IMG/VR virus record: IMGVR_UViG_3300045974_000166
Coordinates: 64,001-128,000 of that record
Source: a virus
DNA length: 64,000 nucleotides
Reading direction: 5' to 3' (one strand)
Positions 1-10,155 of this stretch are shown here, piece by piece. Position 1 is the stretch's first letter. The number at the start of each line of letters is the position of its first letter. The notes under the pieces were generated by a model, which worked only from the letters and a program-made list of their open reading frames with translations, was not told the origin of the DNA and searched no databases. A program made the translations under genes and the position numbers.

Positions 1-2
1 AA

Positions 3-671
3 GAATTCAAATACGTTTCTATAGATTCTTTGCTCTCTACACAACCAGTTAGAAATTATGTTTTGTCCGACGTAAATTCAACTACTGTTGTTGGAAATGA
101 TATGGATAAGAGATACTCATTTGTAGAACTTGTTGACATGCCGGTGACATTTGACTATATGAGAAATTCTTCTGCTGGTATGTATGGTGGTGTGCTTTAT
201 ACATATGACTTAACAACAAAGAAAATTAAGAAGACTCAGTATGATTATCTAGTAGAATTCACTAAGGCAAATCATACAAATAAACTTCCTCTAAAATCTA
301 AGAATCTATTCAACAATTTGAGATCAAACATTGACTTCTCTACTCAAAACGACTATTTGACTGGTGTATACAAATCTCAGAAACTTCATGATACCGTACT
401 TCAACGAAATTCTTTGTTAGAACAAATCCGTGCATTCAAGTTCAACATCCGAGTTTTTGGTCGTACTGACATTAATGCCGGGCAAACTATAACTTATACA
501 TCACCCAAGCAAAGAGAAATTGCCAAAGACGAAATTCAGGCTAACCCAGACTCTGAGTATTTTACTGGTAAGTATCTCATTACTGCTATTCGTCACCAAA
601 TTATTCGTGGTCAACACCACATGGAAATGGAAATTGTTTCCGATTCATTCGTTAAAGATATTTCAATATGA
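3..671 (+). CDS. Baseplate hub / tail protein (gp27-like), 5'-truncated by window edge
   Basis: Frame is open from nt 3 (EFKYVSIDSLLSTQ...). C-terminal 'GQTITY...SEYFTGKYLITAIRHQI...MEIVSDS' is typical of hub proteins lying just upstream of gp5 in T4-like phages. Confidence 0.6.
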   Translation, partial: EFKYVSIDSLLSTQPVRNYVLSDVNSTTVVGNDMDKRYSFVELVDMPVTFDYMRNSSAGMYGGVLYTYDLTTKKIKKTQYDYLVEFTKANHTNKLPLKSKNLFNNLRSNIDFSTQNDYLTGVYKSQKLHDTVLQRNSLLEQIRAFKFNIRVFGRTDINAGQTITYTSPKQREIAKDEIQANPDSEYFTGKYLITAIRHQIIRGQHHMEMEIVSDSFVKDISI

Positions 672-3217
672 CTGACTTTTTTGTAGGTATTGTAGAAGAT
701 AGAATTTCAGATCCACTTAAGTTGGGTAGAGTAAAAGTTCGTGTCTTTGGTGTACATTCTGAATCTATAATTGATGTACCAACTGCCGATTTACCTTGGG
801 CAATTCCGTTGATGACTGCTGGTTCTGCATCGCTTTCTGGTATTGGTGATGCGGTGCCACAATATTTAGAAGGAAGTACCGTATTCATATTCTTCCAGGA
901 TGGAGAATCAAAGCAGCAGCCTATCATCTTGGGATCACTTGCCGGTATTCCAATCAACAAGAATCCACTATCTAATACTTCAGAAGAAGTTTCTTCTAAT
1001 ATTGCAACACCTAAGTCAACTGTACTAGAATCAAGTTCTGGTACTCTTACTGACTCTTCTGGCCAAGCAGTAACAGACTCTTCAGGTACAGCCGTCAAAT
1101 CTGGCACTTCAGATTTGGTCCCACCTTTAGACATCACTGATATGGTTGCTAAATTTGGTGATAACGTTACTCTGGTATATCAAACTCTACTGAATTTTGG
1201 CATCAAAGATCCTTATGCTCTAATCGGCATTCTCTCTAATGTTGGCAAAGAATGTTCGTTTAAAGTTACTCGTGAAAGTCTAAATTATACTACAGTTGTA
1301 CGTCTTAAAGAAATATTTCCTTCTAAGTTTGGGTCAATGCCAGAATCAGTAGTTGCTACATATCTCGGTGATGAACAGAAAGTTGCTAATCTAGTGTATG
1401 CAAATAGATATGGTAATGGCACTACTGACTCTGGTGACGGTTATAATTTTCGCGGTGGTGGCTTTATCCAACTTACGTTCAAGAACAACTATCGCGATGT
1501 AGGTTCAAAAATAGGACTAGATCTTGTTTCTGATCCATCTCAAATTTCTGATGTAAAGGTAGCCGCAAAAACTTGTGCCCAATTCTTTATAAACTCATTT
1601 GGAGGCCGCGGCCGACTAAGTTTCTCAAGTTTAGATGAAGCACTTACTACAATTACGAAGAAGGTCAATGCTGGTGGATTTGCAAATGACTACCCAAAGG
1701 TAGTAACATATTCTAAACTTTGTAAAATCATCGATGATACAAATACAACAAGTAAGCAAGTAACAGAAGAAATTGCCAAGCCAAATAATCCAGAAAATGA
1801 CGTCAACAAGTCTGCCACTCAAGAACAGATAAACACTGGAATAGCATCTAAAAATAAACCTACTGGTGGTGGAACAGGTTTCAGAGACCCATCTGGCAAG
1901 TACCCTTTGTCTGCATTACTAAATGAACAAGATACTTCTCGCCTAGCTCGTAGAAATACTGCAGGTACCTCAATCGAAATTAGAAATAATAAGCGATTAA
2001 CTGGTCTCAAGAATACTTCTGGCACAACATTTGATGAACCAGCCCCAGCCTACAACTCACAATATCCGTACAACAAGGTTCATACAACTGAATCTGGACA
2101 CACCATAGAATTTGACGACACACCGGGCAATGAACGTATAAGTCAATTTCATGCAGCAGGCACATATACAGAGATTGACAAATATGGTAATACGGTTAAC
2201 AAAATTGTGGGTGATAACTATTCTATCACAGAACGCAACGGTTATATCTACATAGACGGTACAGCTAGAATCTCTGTTGGTTCTGATGTTAAGTTATATG
2301 TTGCTGGAAATATGGAAGTTGAAGTAGATGGAGATTTAAACTACAATGTGGGTGGGTCTGTAAATTGGAAAATTGGTGGCAATCTAATACAGGGTGTTGG
2401 CGGCCAAAATTCATTGAAATCTAGTGGGTCTACAGATATAGATTCTTCTATGGTTAACTTTAACTCTGGTACTTCTATATCTAACCCTCCATCTGCACGG
2501 TCTGGTGTTACCAATGATTACCCTAAACAAATACCAGAAAATTTCCTTGGTGGAGAAATTATCAAGTTTGATGATGCAGACCCAACTGTCGTTGATGCGC
2601 ATCATACGGAACAACTAAAGTCTGGTGCTATCACACAAGAAGAATTAGATAAAGGTACGGCCGCCAAAGCTATCGAAAAGAATGAAGAACCAGCTACAAT
2701 CAAAGAGGCACCAGTATTAAGTTCATGCACTATATTTGACAATAAGGATGACATTCCAGACACAACTCAAATATCTAAGTACTTTACTATAGGTATGCTT
2801 TCATCAAATGCCGTTGTGTCTCACTACAAGATAACAGCTCAACATAGTTTAACCAAAGCTCAAATAGCATGCAATCTCAAGAATTTAGCAGAGAACTGTC
2901 TTGATGTTATTAAAGCAAAATACTCAAACATGAGAGTTACTTCTGCATTCAGAATTGGAAGTACAACTTCTCAACATGAACTTGGTATGGCTGCTGACAT
3001 GCAATTTACTGGCATAACTAACGCAGATTACTATGACATAGCGGTTTGGATCAAATCTAATGTGATTTGTGATCAGCTTTTACTTGAGTATAAAACTACT
3101 GGAACTGGGCTTCCTTGGATTCATATTTCTTATAATATGGCCGGATGCAGATCACAAGTTATGACTTTTATGAATGATAAGAAATTTGCAGCTGGTCTCC
3201 AGAAACTTGAAGGATAA
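668..3217 (+). CDS. gp5: Baseplate central spike gp5 with internal GH19-type glycosidase and C-terminal M15-type peptidase
   Basis: N-terminal gp5 OB-fold (FFVGIVEDR..DPLKLGRVKVRVFGVH); GH19-like KECS..ESLNY..DGYNFRGGGFIQLTFKNNY; gp5 YPYNKVHTTESGHTIEFDDTPGNERI; C-terminal SQHELGMAADMQ...WIHISY. Confidence 0.9.
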   Translation: MTDFFVGIVEDRISDPLKLGRVKVRVFGVHSESIIDVPTADLPWAIPLMTAGSASLSGIGDAVPQYLEGSTVFIFFQDGESKQQPIILGSLAGIPINKNPLSNTSEEVSSNIATPKSTVLESSSGTLTDSSGQAVTDSSGTAVKSGTSDLVPPLDITDMVAKFGDNVTLVYQTLLNFGIKDPYALIGILSNVGKECSFKVTRESLNYTTVVRLKEIFPSKFGSMPESVVATYLGDEQKVANLVYANRYGNGTTDSGDGYNFRGGGFIQLTFKNNYRDVGSKIGLDLVSDPSQISDVKVAAKTCAQFFINSFGGRGRLSFSSLDEALTTITKKVNAGGFANDYPKVVTYSKLCKIIDDTNTTSKQVTEEIAKPNNPENDVNKSATQEQINTGIASKNKPTGGGTGFRDPSGKYPLSALLNEQDTSRLARRNTAGTSIEIRNNKRLTGLKNTSGTTFDEPAPAYNSQYPYNKVHTTESGHTIEFDDTPGNERISQFHAAGTYTEIDKYGNTVNKIVGDNYSITERNGYIYIDGTARISVGSDVKLYVAGNMEVEVDGDLNYNVGGSVNWKIGGNLIQGVGGQNSLKSSGSTDIDSSMVNFNSGTSISNPPSARSGVTNDYPKQIPENFLGGEIIKFDDADPTVVDAHHTEQLKSGAITQEELDKGTAAKAIEKNEEPATIKEAPVLSSCTIFDNKDDIPDTTQISKYFTIGMLSSNAVVSHYKITAQHSLTKAQIACNLKNLAENCLDVIKAKYSNMRVTSAFRIGSTTSQHELGMAADMQFTGITNADYYDIAVWIKSNVICDQLLLEYKTTGTGLPWIHISYNMAGCRSQVMTFMNDKKFAAGLQKLEG

Positions 3218-3219
3218 AA

Positions 3220-3618
3220 ATGGCAACGTTAACACGAAATTCGCGAGACTATGTAGATGTAGACTTTAAGTTTACCAAACACCCAGAGTCTTATAATTTG
3301 GCAATCAAGAAGAACATTAATGCAGTAAAACAATCTATTGTAAATTTGCTTCTACTAAAAGAAGGTGATAAACCGTTTCACCCGGAGATCAAATCACCTA
3401 TTTTTGACAATTTGTTCGAACTAAGTTCAGTAGTTGAGAAAATTGTTCTTGAATCGGAAGTACTAAGGTATATCAACTCTTACGAGCCCAGAGTTCTAGT
3501 AAGTTCAGTTTCTGTATCGTTTGACTCTCCAAATGCTATATCATGTTCGGTAGTTGGTCAAATCATCAATCTACAGCAGCCGTTTGAGGTAAATATTCTA
3601 GTAGATCGTCTGAGATAA
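3220..3618 (+). CDS. gp25: Baseplate wedge subunit gp25
   Basis: NAVKQSIVNLLL..GDKPFHPEI..I..YEPRV motif; lies after gp5. Confidence 0.9.
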   Translation: MATLTRNSRDYVDVDFKFTKHPESYNLAIKKNINAVKQSIVNLLLLKEGDKPFHPEIKSPIFDNLFELSSVVEKIVLESEVLRYINSYEPRVLVSSVSVSFDSPNAISCSVVGQIINLQQPFEVNILVDRLR

Positions 3619-3620
3619 GC

Positions 3621-3628
3621 ATTAAATA
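3621..3628 (+). promoter_or_regulatory. Late promoter-like motif ATTAAATA
   Basis: Intergenic TAAATA core upstream of gp6; recurs before many structural genes. Confidence 0.65.
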
Positions 3629-3648
3629 AAACAATAAAGAAATAAACT

Positions 3649-5487
3649 ATGGCCACAAATCCTCTCATTGATCTAGATTTTGATCAGATTAAAACAGCTA
3701 TTATAGATTATATCAAGAACTCAAATTCGACGTTCACTGACTATAATTTTGAAGGTTCTGCTTTAAATTCTATCATAGACATTCTTGCATATAACACACA
3801 TACAAATGCGTACTATGCAAACATGCTGCATTCAGAAAGTTTCTTGGACACAGCTCAGAAAAGATCTTCTGTAGTTTCTCGTGCTAAAGAACTTGGGTAT
3901 ACACCAAAGTCTATTACTGGTTCAAATGCTTATATAAACATTTATACTACTGGTTTATCTAGCCAAAGTACAGTATTTTACATCCCCCGTGGTTCTGTGT
4001 TTACATCTTCTAATGAATCTGGATCTTATCAATTTTTAGCTAAAAATGATTATTTTTCTAAATTGGATGGTGTAAATGGTACTGGTAACCGTCACATTTT
4101 TTCAGATGTAAATCTAATTTCTGGTGTTTATCTATCCAATTCCTTTACGGTTGATATACTTTCTAACGTTCGGTCAATCTTTACTATTCCTAATGAATCT
4201 ATAGACACAAATACACTTCGCGTGTTTGTAAAAGATTCTGCAAATTCGGTTGAACGGACAGAATATAAACTTGCATCAAATGTTTTTGATGCAGAACGTG
4301 GTTCTTTAATCTATTACCTACAAGAATCTTATACTGGGAATTTTGAAATATTCTTTGGTGACAACATTCTTGGCAAACAACCAGTCAATGGAAATGTGAT
4401 TGAGATTGATTATTTTGCATCCGAAATGCCAGACTCTCCTAACGGCTGCAGATTCTTTGCTTCTGATATTACATTTGATGGTGGAGTGGGAGTTGCTTCT
4501 ATTGAAACTACTCAAGTTGCATTTGGTGGTTCTTATAAGGATCCTCTAGAAACTATTAGGTTTAATGCATTGAACACAAATATTTCTAAGAATCGCGCGG
4601 TCACTGCTTCGGATTATTCTACGCTTTTAATCTCAAACTTCTCATTCATTAAGTCTGTAAATTCTTGGGGTGGCGAGGATAATCTACCGCCAGTTTTCGG
4701 CAAAATTTTCTTATCTCTACAACCTGTAACCGGATTTACTATTTCTGATTCTGTTAAGAATTCTCAAATTTTACCTGTGATTAAGAAGAATTCTTTAGTT
4801 ACTATTACTCCAGAATTTGTTGATCCTGCATATACATTCTTGGAATTTACTACTAAAGCAAAGTATGTTAAAAACCGAACTCTACTTACTAAGTCTTTGA
4901 TAGAAAGTTATATCAGAGCTACAATCTCTACTTATGTTTCTAATATTTCTTCGTTCAATTCTGAGTATCTTCATTCACAGTTGATCAAGGAATGTTTGGC
5001 GATTGATGCATCAATCTCTTCTGTAGACATTAAAGTCAATATTGCAAAAAACATAGTACCTTATATCGGCGTAAGTACTACTTCTATGTTTAGTTTTAAT
5101 AACGAATTGACCGACGGTTCTATTACATCTACAAATTACTACATGATCTCCAATGGAGAAACCGTTCTTGTTTCACTGAAACAGATTCCTGGGTCATATT
5201 CGGATGCTATCAATACTATCCCTTTCATTGGCGCGTATAATTCAGACAACCAACTTATTAGAAATGTTGGGACAATAAATCTAAAAACTGGTGAAGTAAA
5301 TATCACAATCAATGTGTCGGCCTTTGTGACTTCTACAGTCAAGTTTGTAAAGTTAAAAGCTACTACATATGACTTAAATATATCAACTAAAAACAATCAA
5401 ATTTTAGCTCTAGATGCAAATCTTAAGGATGGTCCTTCTGGTCTAATTGACAACAATTATATTCTCGTAGAAGAATACTTAAAGTAA
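3649..5487 (+). CDS. gp6: Baseplate wedge subunit gp6
   Basis: LDFDQIK..FTDYNFEGSAL..LAYNTH..ESFLDTAQKRSSVVSRAKELGYTP; RAVTASDY. Confidence 0.92.
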   Translation: MATNPLIDLDFDQIKTAIIDYIKNSNSTFTDYNFEGSALNSIIDILAYNTHTNAYYANMLHSESFLDTAQKRSSVVSRAKELGYTPKSITGSNAYINIYTTGLSSQSTVFYIPRGSVFTSSNESGSYQFLAKNDYFSKLDGVNGTGNRHIFSDVNLISGVYLSNSFTVDILSNVRSIFTIPNESIDTNTLRVFVKDSANSVERTEYKLASNVFDAERGSLIYYLQESYTGNFEIFFGDNILGKQPVNGNVIEIDYFASEMPDSPNGCRFFASDITFDGGVGVASIETTQVAFGGSYKDPLETIRFNALNTNISKNRAVTASDYSTLLISNFSFIKSVNSWGGEDNLPPVFGKIFLSLQPVTGFTISDSVKNSQILPVIKKNSLVTITPEFVDPAYTFLEFTTKAKYVKNRTLLTKSLIESYIRATISTYVSNISSFNSEYLHSQLIKECLAIDASISSVDIKVNIAKNIVPYIGVSTTSMFSFNNELTDGSITSTNYYMISNGETVLVSLKQIPGSYSDAINTIPFIGAYNSDNQLIRNVGTINLKTGEVNITINVSAFVTSTVKFVKLKATTYDLNISTKNNQILALDANLKDGPSGLIDNNYILVEEYLK

Positions 5488-5496
5488 TCCTGCTCC

Positions 5497-7524
5497 ATGA
5501 TCAATTACCAAAATAGTGTAGTAGATAATTATCCTCTGTACCAAGCATTCATTGACTTATACTATGCATATGTAAAGCAAAGAAATGCTCCAGTTGGCGA
5601 GATAAATAATCATGCCGCTAAACTAGATCTTGATCGCGCACTTTCTTCTGAGATTGATAAATTTTATTCCGTATATGCTATTGATCTACCAAAGACTATA
5701 GCATATGACAAAAGAAATCTTGCAAAAATTCTAAATCAGATATATGAAGCTAAGGGAACCGAGAATTCTCTTAAATTATTGTTTCGTCTTATCTATAATG
5801 AAGACATTCAGATTTCATACCCAGTACAAAATATTCTAAAACCTTCAGATGGTAGATGGATAAAAGAACAATACTTTACCGCATATAAGTATTCTGGCAC
5901 ACCACCCATAGAAAACACAAGAATTGTTTTCTCAAATGAAAAGGGTGACTTTTCACTAATCGTTACTGGTGTAGAAATTATCAATGCCGATGTTTGTCGA
6001 ATTAGATTCTCATCTTTGAACCGAGTTAATTTACCTCTAGAACAAATAGTAACGGCTACAGATGGTGAGCATGTATATTTTATCGGTAAAGTTATCCCAT
6101 CACCAGATAAACTTAGAATTTTAAAGCCTGGTAAGTATTGGAAGAAGGGTAAAGCAATTGTTATACCTGGTTCTATTAGAAACACAGTAGCCGTTGTATC
6201 ATCTGTTTCAACTGGTGGTGTAATTACCGGTATAGAAATTTTGGAATATGGTATCGGCCACAATGAAAATCAAATTTCTATAATTTCTCCATTTCCAAGA
6301 AAGCCAACCGGCTCACTACAAGATCTATCTTTTCAAATTACTGCTATCAATACAGCGGCAATTGGTGCCGGCTTCACAAACCATCCCGGTGTTGTGTATC
6401 ATCACACTGTAAACATAGAAGATTATGTAGATGGTCTAGCAGACGAAGTAATCGGTATATCAGCTGGGTTTACTCATAATTCTTATTTTCTGTCTGACTA
6501 TTTGGCCGCAGATTATTTGGGTACAGAAGAAATTCATACAAATACTACATCCGTTAAAAGTATAGATAACGTTGGTAGAGATACAGACATTAGAACCTGG
6601 CAAGAATCTCTTGCACTTCTAATGTACGAACACGGCCCACTTGTCGATGTAAAGGGTAAATATTCTGGTGATGAAGGTCAACTTTCCAATCAGCTGATTA
6701 AAATACAGGATTCATATTTCTATCAGGCATTCTCATATCTTTTAGAAAGTATACAAGATCCAAAATTATATAAGAAAATGGCGGACCTGTTTCACCCAGC
6801 AGGCACCAAAAGATTCTCGGGATACATTAAACAAATAGATGAAGCTTTACAATATGAGTTCCGTAGAGCATTCTTAGTTGATACAATTGTTCTTCGTGAT
6901 CAGCAGACTTTCTTAGATGCAGATTCTTTGATATTTGTTAAGAAAGTAATCGACTCATCTACACCTGTTGATTCGATACGATATAAGATTGTAGTTAAAC
7001 AATTGACAGACTCTGTGACTCCAAATCCAGATGTCAAGATGAAGAATCTTACTAAGAATTTGTCAGAAATTACTACTTATATTGATGTCTATCAAAAGAC
7101 TATTTTTAAATCTTTTACATTAGATTCAGTTGTTCCAGCCGAAACTGAGTTCAATAAGGACCAAACAAAGTACTTTACTACTGACTTTGTGACTAGTAGT
7201 CACACAAACCCAATATCACTGAGTAAACCCCGCGTAGATACTACAACAATCACAGATCCCCAATACTCAAAAATCTTTGGTAAAGGTTTTACCGAACTTG
7301 AAACTATTGTTGAAACTAAACCAAAACTTACAACTAATAGAACATTAAATGAATTAGAAACTATATTAGAAGCATTTTCCAAAAATGCTGCCAAAAATAT
7401 TGCATCTGACTTAGTCACTATAGTTTCTACCGATTCCAATGGAACTCTCGTCGATGGCCGATGGGATGTATCTTATTCTATTGGCGATTACTCAGAACCA
7501 TACAAATATCTATCTTTTAGTTAG
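5497..7524 (+). CDS. gp7: Baseplate wedge initiator gp7-like
   Basis: YEAKGTENSLKLLFRLIYNE..NILKPSDGRW and KIQDSYFYQAFSY..HPAG motifs; lies between gp6 and gp8. Confidence 0.75.
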   Translation: MINYQNSVVDNYPLYQAFIDLYYAYVKQRNAPVGEINNHAAKLDLDRALSSEIDKFYSVYAIDLPKTIAYDKRNLAKILNQIYEAKGTENSLKLLFRLIYNEDIQISYPVQNILKPSDGRWIKEQYFTAYKYSGTPPIENTRIVFSNEKGDFSLIVTGVEIINADVCRIRFSSLNRVNLPLEQIVTATDGEHVYFIGKVIPSPDKLRILKPGKYWKKGKAIVIPGSIRNTVAVVSSVSTGGVITGIEILEYGIGHNENQISIISPFPRKPTGSLQDLSFQITAINTAAIGAGFTNHPGVVYHHTVNIEDYVDGLADEVIGISAGFTHNSYFLSDYLAADYLGTEEIHTNTTSVKSIDNVGRDTDIRTWQESLALLMYEHGPLVDVKGKYSGDEGQLSNQLIKIQDSYFYQAFSYLLESIQDPKLYKKMADLFHPAGTKRFSGYIKQIDEALQYEFRRAFLVDTIVLRDQQTFLDADSLIFVKKVIDSSTPVDSIRYKIVVKQLTDSVTPNPDVKMKNLTKNLSEITTYIDVYQKTIFKSFTLDSVVPAETEFNKDQTKYFTTDFVTSSHTNPISLSKPRVDTTTITDPQYSKIFGKGFTELETIVETKPKLTTNRTLNELETILEAFSKNAAKNIASDLVTIVSTDSNGTLVDGRWDVSYSIGDYSEPYKYLSFS

Positions 7525-7531
7525 AAGCCGT

Positions 7532-7539
7532 ATTAAATA
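7532..7539 (+). promoter_or_regulatory. Late promoter-like motif ATTAAATA
   Basis: Intergenic, upstream of the 7579 ORF and gp8. Confidence 0.6.
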
Positions 7540-7578
7540 AAACATAACCCAACCAACCCCGTTATAAGGATATCTAAA

Positions 7579-8043
7579 ATGATTAATGACTCACTAAAAC
7601 CAACCGGCGAACTTCTAATTGTTCTTCGTGGCCCAGACGGCAAGATTAAAGAACAAAAGACCGTTCCTAACTTGATCGTCACCACTGGCAAAAATGCAAT
7701 TGCTTCACGTCTTGCTGGTGTTACTACCGGTGTGATGACTCACATGGCTCTCGGCACTAGTGCCGTGGCTGCTGATGTAGCACAAGCTAGCCTTGGCGTG
7801 TCAGAATTCACAGGCGGTTCTAATGTGCGTGCCGCTCTATCTGTTTCTGGTGGTTCTGTTTCTGGCAACCAGGTTACTTTCACTGCTACTTTTGCCGCTG
7901 GCAACTGTACTGGCGCTGTGACTGAAGCAGGTATTTTTAACGCCTCGACTGCCGGTATAATGTTAGCTCGTACAACATTTTTGCCAGTCAACAAAGATGC
8001 TTTGGACACGCTGACTATCTCTTGGATCGTGACTGTATCGTAA
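7579..8043 (+). CDS. Small virion structural protein (tail-collar/baseplate type)
   Basis: NLIVTTGKNAIASRL..THMALGT..VTEAGIFNASTAGIMLART..VNK motif, common in tail modules. Confidence 0.55.
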   Translation: MINDSLKPTGELLIVLRGPDGKIKEQKTVPNLIVTTGKNAIASRLAGVTTGVMTHMALGTSAVAADVAQASLGVSEFTGGSNVRAALSVSGGSVSGNQVTFTATFAAGNCTGAVTEAGIFNASTAGIMLARTTFLPVNKDALDTLTISWIVTVS

Positions 8044-8049
8044 TATAAA

Positions 8050-10140
8050 ATGTCTAATTCAATCAGAGCCGGCCTCCATTTTAGCGTCGCTGATACTATT
8101 CTCAAAGAGATTCAGTATCAGCGCTCTAACTATTTTTTCTTCCTTGGAAAGATTGACAAATGGAATGTAGATGATGTCTATGTTGACGCCAATCTGATTA
8201 ATTCTGATTATGAAAATAGTAATATTAGAACTAACATTCTATACATCAACAAGGTTTCTCCTACTGATGTGTCATTAGTTACGAAAAGAACACTTTGGAC
8301 TGCATCTACAGTTTATGATCAGTACGATCATACTAAAGATCTAAACACACTAACGTTCTTTGTAGTGACAGATGACTATAATGTTTACAAATGTCTTTCA
8401 AACAACAATAACGTTCCTTCTACTGTTAAACCGGTAGGAAAACCAACAATTCCTTTAAAACTTGCCGATGGATATATCTGGAAGTATATGTATGCAATTC
8501 CTTCTTTCAAGAAGTCGAAGTTCATGTCATATTCCTACATCCCTGTCCAAACTGCACTTTCTGATAGTTTTTATAACAACGGTTCCGTTGATGATGTAAT
8601 TGTCGAATATGGTGGTTCGGGTTATTCAGATACACCAAATGTGACAATCAGTTTAGCAGGTGCAGTTACCACAGGATCCGGAGCTACTGGCCACGTCACG
8701 GTTGATTCTTCTGGCCGTATTACTGGGATAGTAATAGACACAGGTGGTTCTGGATATACAGCGGGTGTTAGTCTTTCTGTTACTACTCTATCTGGAGCTG
8801 GTGCAGAACTTACACCTATCATTGCTGCTGGTGTTGTGACCGGAGCTAATATAGTTAGTGCTGGAATTTCTTATCAAAACGGAAATGTGATAAACTTTTC
8901 TCTTGGTGGTGCAATTTTAGTAGCAGGTGTGTCTCAAAGAATCTATGATGGTAGTTTAGCTTTTGTTTCTGGCGGCAGTATTACTAAGGTAACAATCGTT
9001 AATCCGGGTATTGGGTATGCTGTTGCACCAACACTCACGGTTGTTTCCGCTGATGCCTCAGGTACTGGAAAATATGGAGCTGGTTCTGCGTTACTTTCAT
9101 CTGTTGTATATCAAGGGAAAATTGTTCAGGTAAACATACTTGATTCTGGTATAAACTATGCTAATGGTATCGGCACCAATATTTCTGTATTTGGTGACGG
9201 TACTGGTGCTAAATTCACACCTGTTATCTATAACGGCTCTATTGTAGATGTGGTCGTAGATAATCCAGGCAAAGATTACTCAGAAGTTATAGTTTCAATC
9301 TCTGGTTCTACAGTAAATCCTGCTAAAATTACTCCCGTGTTGGCTTCATCTGACTTTTCTTCCGATCAATATATTATTGAACAGACTTCTGTTGCTGGTG
9401 CAATTTATGCAATTGTAATAACAAATCAGGGTACAAATTATACGGCCAATGCAGCTGTGAATGTTGTAGGTGATGGTACCGGAGCAATAGCTATACCAAC
9501 TGTGATAGATGGCAAAATTACTAAAATTACAATGACCAGCTATGGTCAAGACTATACTTATGCTAGTATTAGTATTACCGATGCTCTTCGTGCAGTTAAC
9601 ATAACCAATATAGATTTAGTATCATATGCTGTGATATCTCCAAAATATGGCCATGGTAGAGATGCGGTTCGCGAACTTAGTTCTTCTACAATTGCATTTA
9701 CGAATGTGATTAAGAAAGACCCATCTATTATTGATCTAGCTCAGGATTATAGATATTTTGGTCTTATAAAAAATCCAAAAAATATTCTTACTGGTGAGAT
9801 GATACGAGTTCAAAATAATGTTATAGCCCACTATGTTACCTTCACATCACATACTGGGTTGGTGATTGATGAAGTTCTTCTTAAGGCTGGTGCTAAATAC
9901 CGTGTTGTAAGTATTACAAATAATGATGTTGTTTTGCAACCGCTTGGTTCTGGATATATGACTTCAGCCGGTACCTACGTTGCAGAAACTAATTCTTCAA
10001 GAACTTATACAACTAGTGCAGTTTCTTATACTCCGGTCGTTGATAAATATTCTGGTGACTTACTCTTTGCCTCAGCAGAAAATCAATTTACATTTACAGC
10101 TGACCAGACATTCGTTATCAAAACTTTCCTAACAGTTTAA
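8050..10140 (+). CDS. gp8: Baseplate wedge subunit gp8 with inserted Gly-rich beta repeats
   Basis: YNVYKCLSNNN..STVKP..DGYIWKYMY and GHGRDAVREL..DYRYFGLIKNP motifs; central GGSGY/PGIGY/SGINY repeats. Confidence 0.85.
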   Translation: MSNSIRAGLHFSVADTILKEIQYQRSNYFFFLGKIDKWNVDDVYVDANLINSDYENSNIRTNILYINKVSPTDVSLVTKRTLWTASTVYDQYDHTKDLNTLTFFVVTDDYNVYKCLSNNNNVPSTVKPVGKPTIPLKLADGYIWKYMYAIPSFKKSKFMSYSYIPVQTALSDSFYNNGSVDDVIVEYGGSGYSDTPNVTISLAGAVTTGSGATGHVTVDSSGRITGIVIDTGGSGYTAGVSLSVTTLSGAGAELTPIIAAGVVTGANIVSAGISYQNGNVINFSLGGAILVAGVSQRIYDGSLAFVSGGSITKVTIVNPGIGYAVAPTLTVVSADASGTGKYGAGSALLSSVVYQGKIVQVNILDSGINYANGIGTNISVFGDGTGAKFTPVIYNGSIVDVVVDNPGKDYSEVIVSISGSTVNPAKITPVLASSDFSSDQYIIEQTSVAGAIYAIVITNQGTNYTANAAVNVVGDGTGAIAIPTVIDGKITKITMTSYGQDYTYASISITDALRAVNITNIDLVSYAVISPKYGHGRDAVRELSSSTIAFTNVIKKDPSIIDLAQDYRYFGLIKNPKNILTGEMIRVQNNVIAHYVTFTSHTGLVIDEVLLKAGAKYRVVSITNNDVVLQPLGSGYMTSAGTYVAETNSSRTYTTSAVSYTPVVDKYSGDLLFASAENQFTFTADQTFVIKTFLTV

Positions 10141-10155
10141 ACACGGTTACCAATT

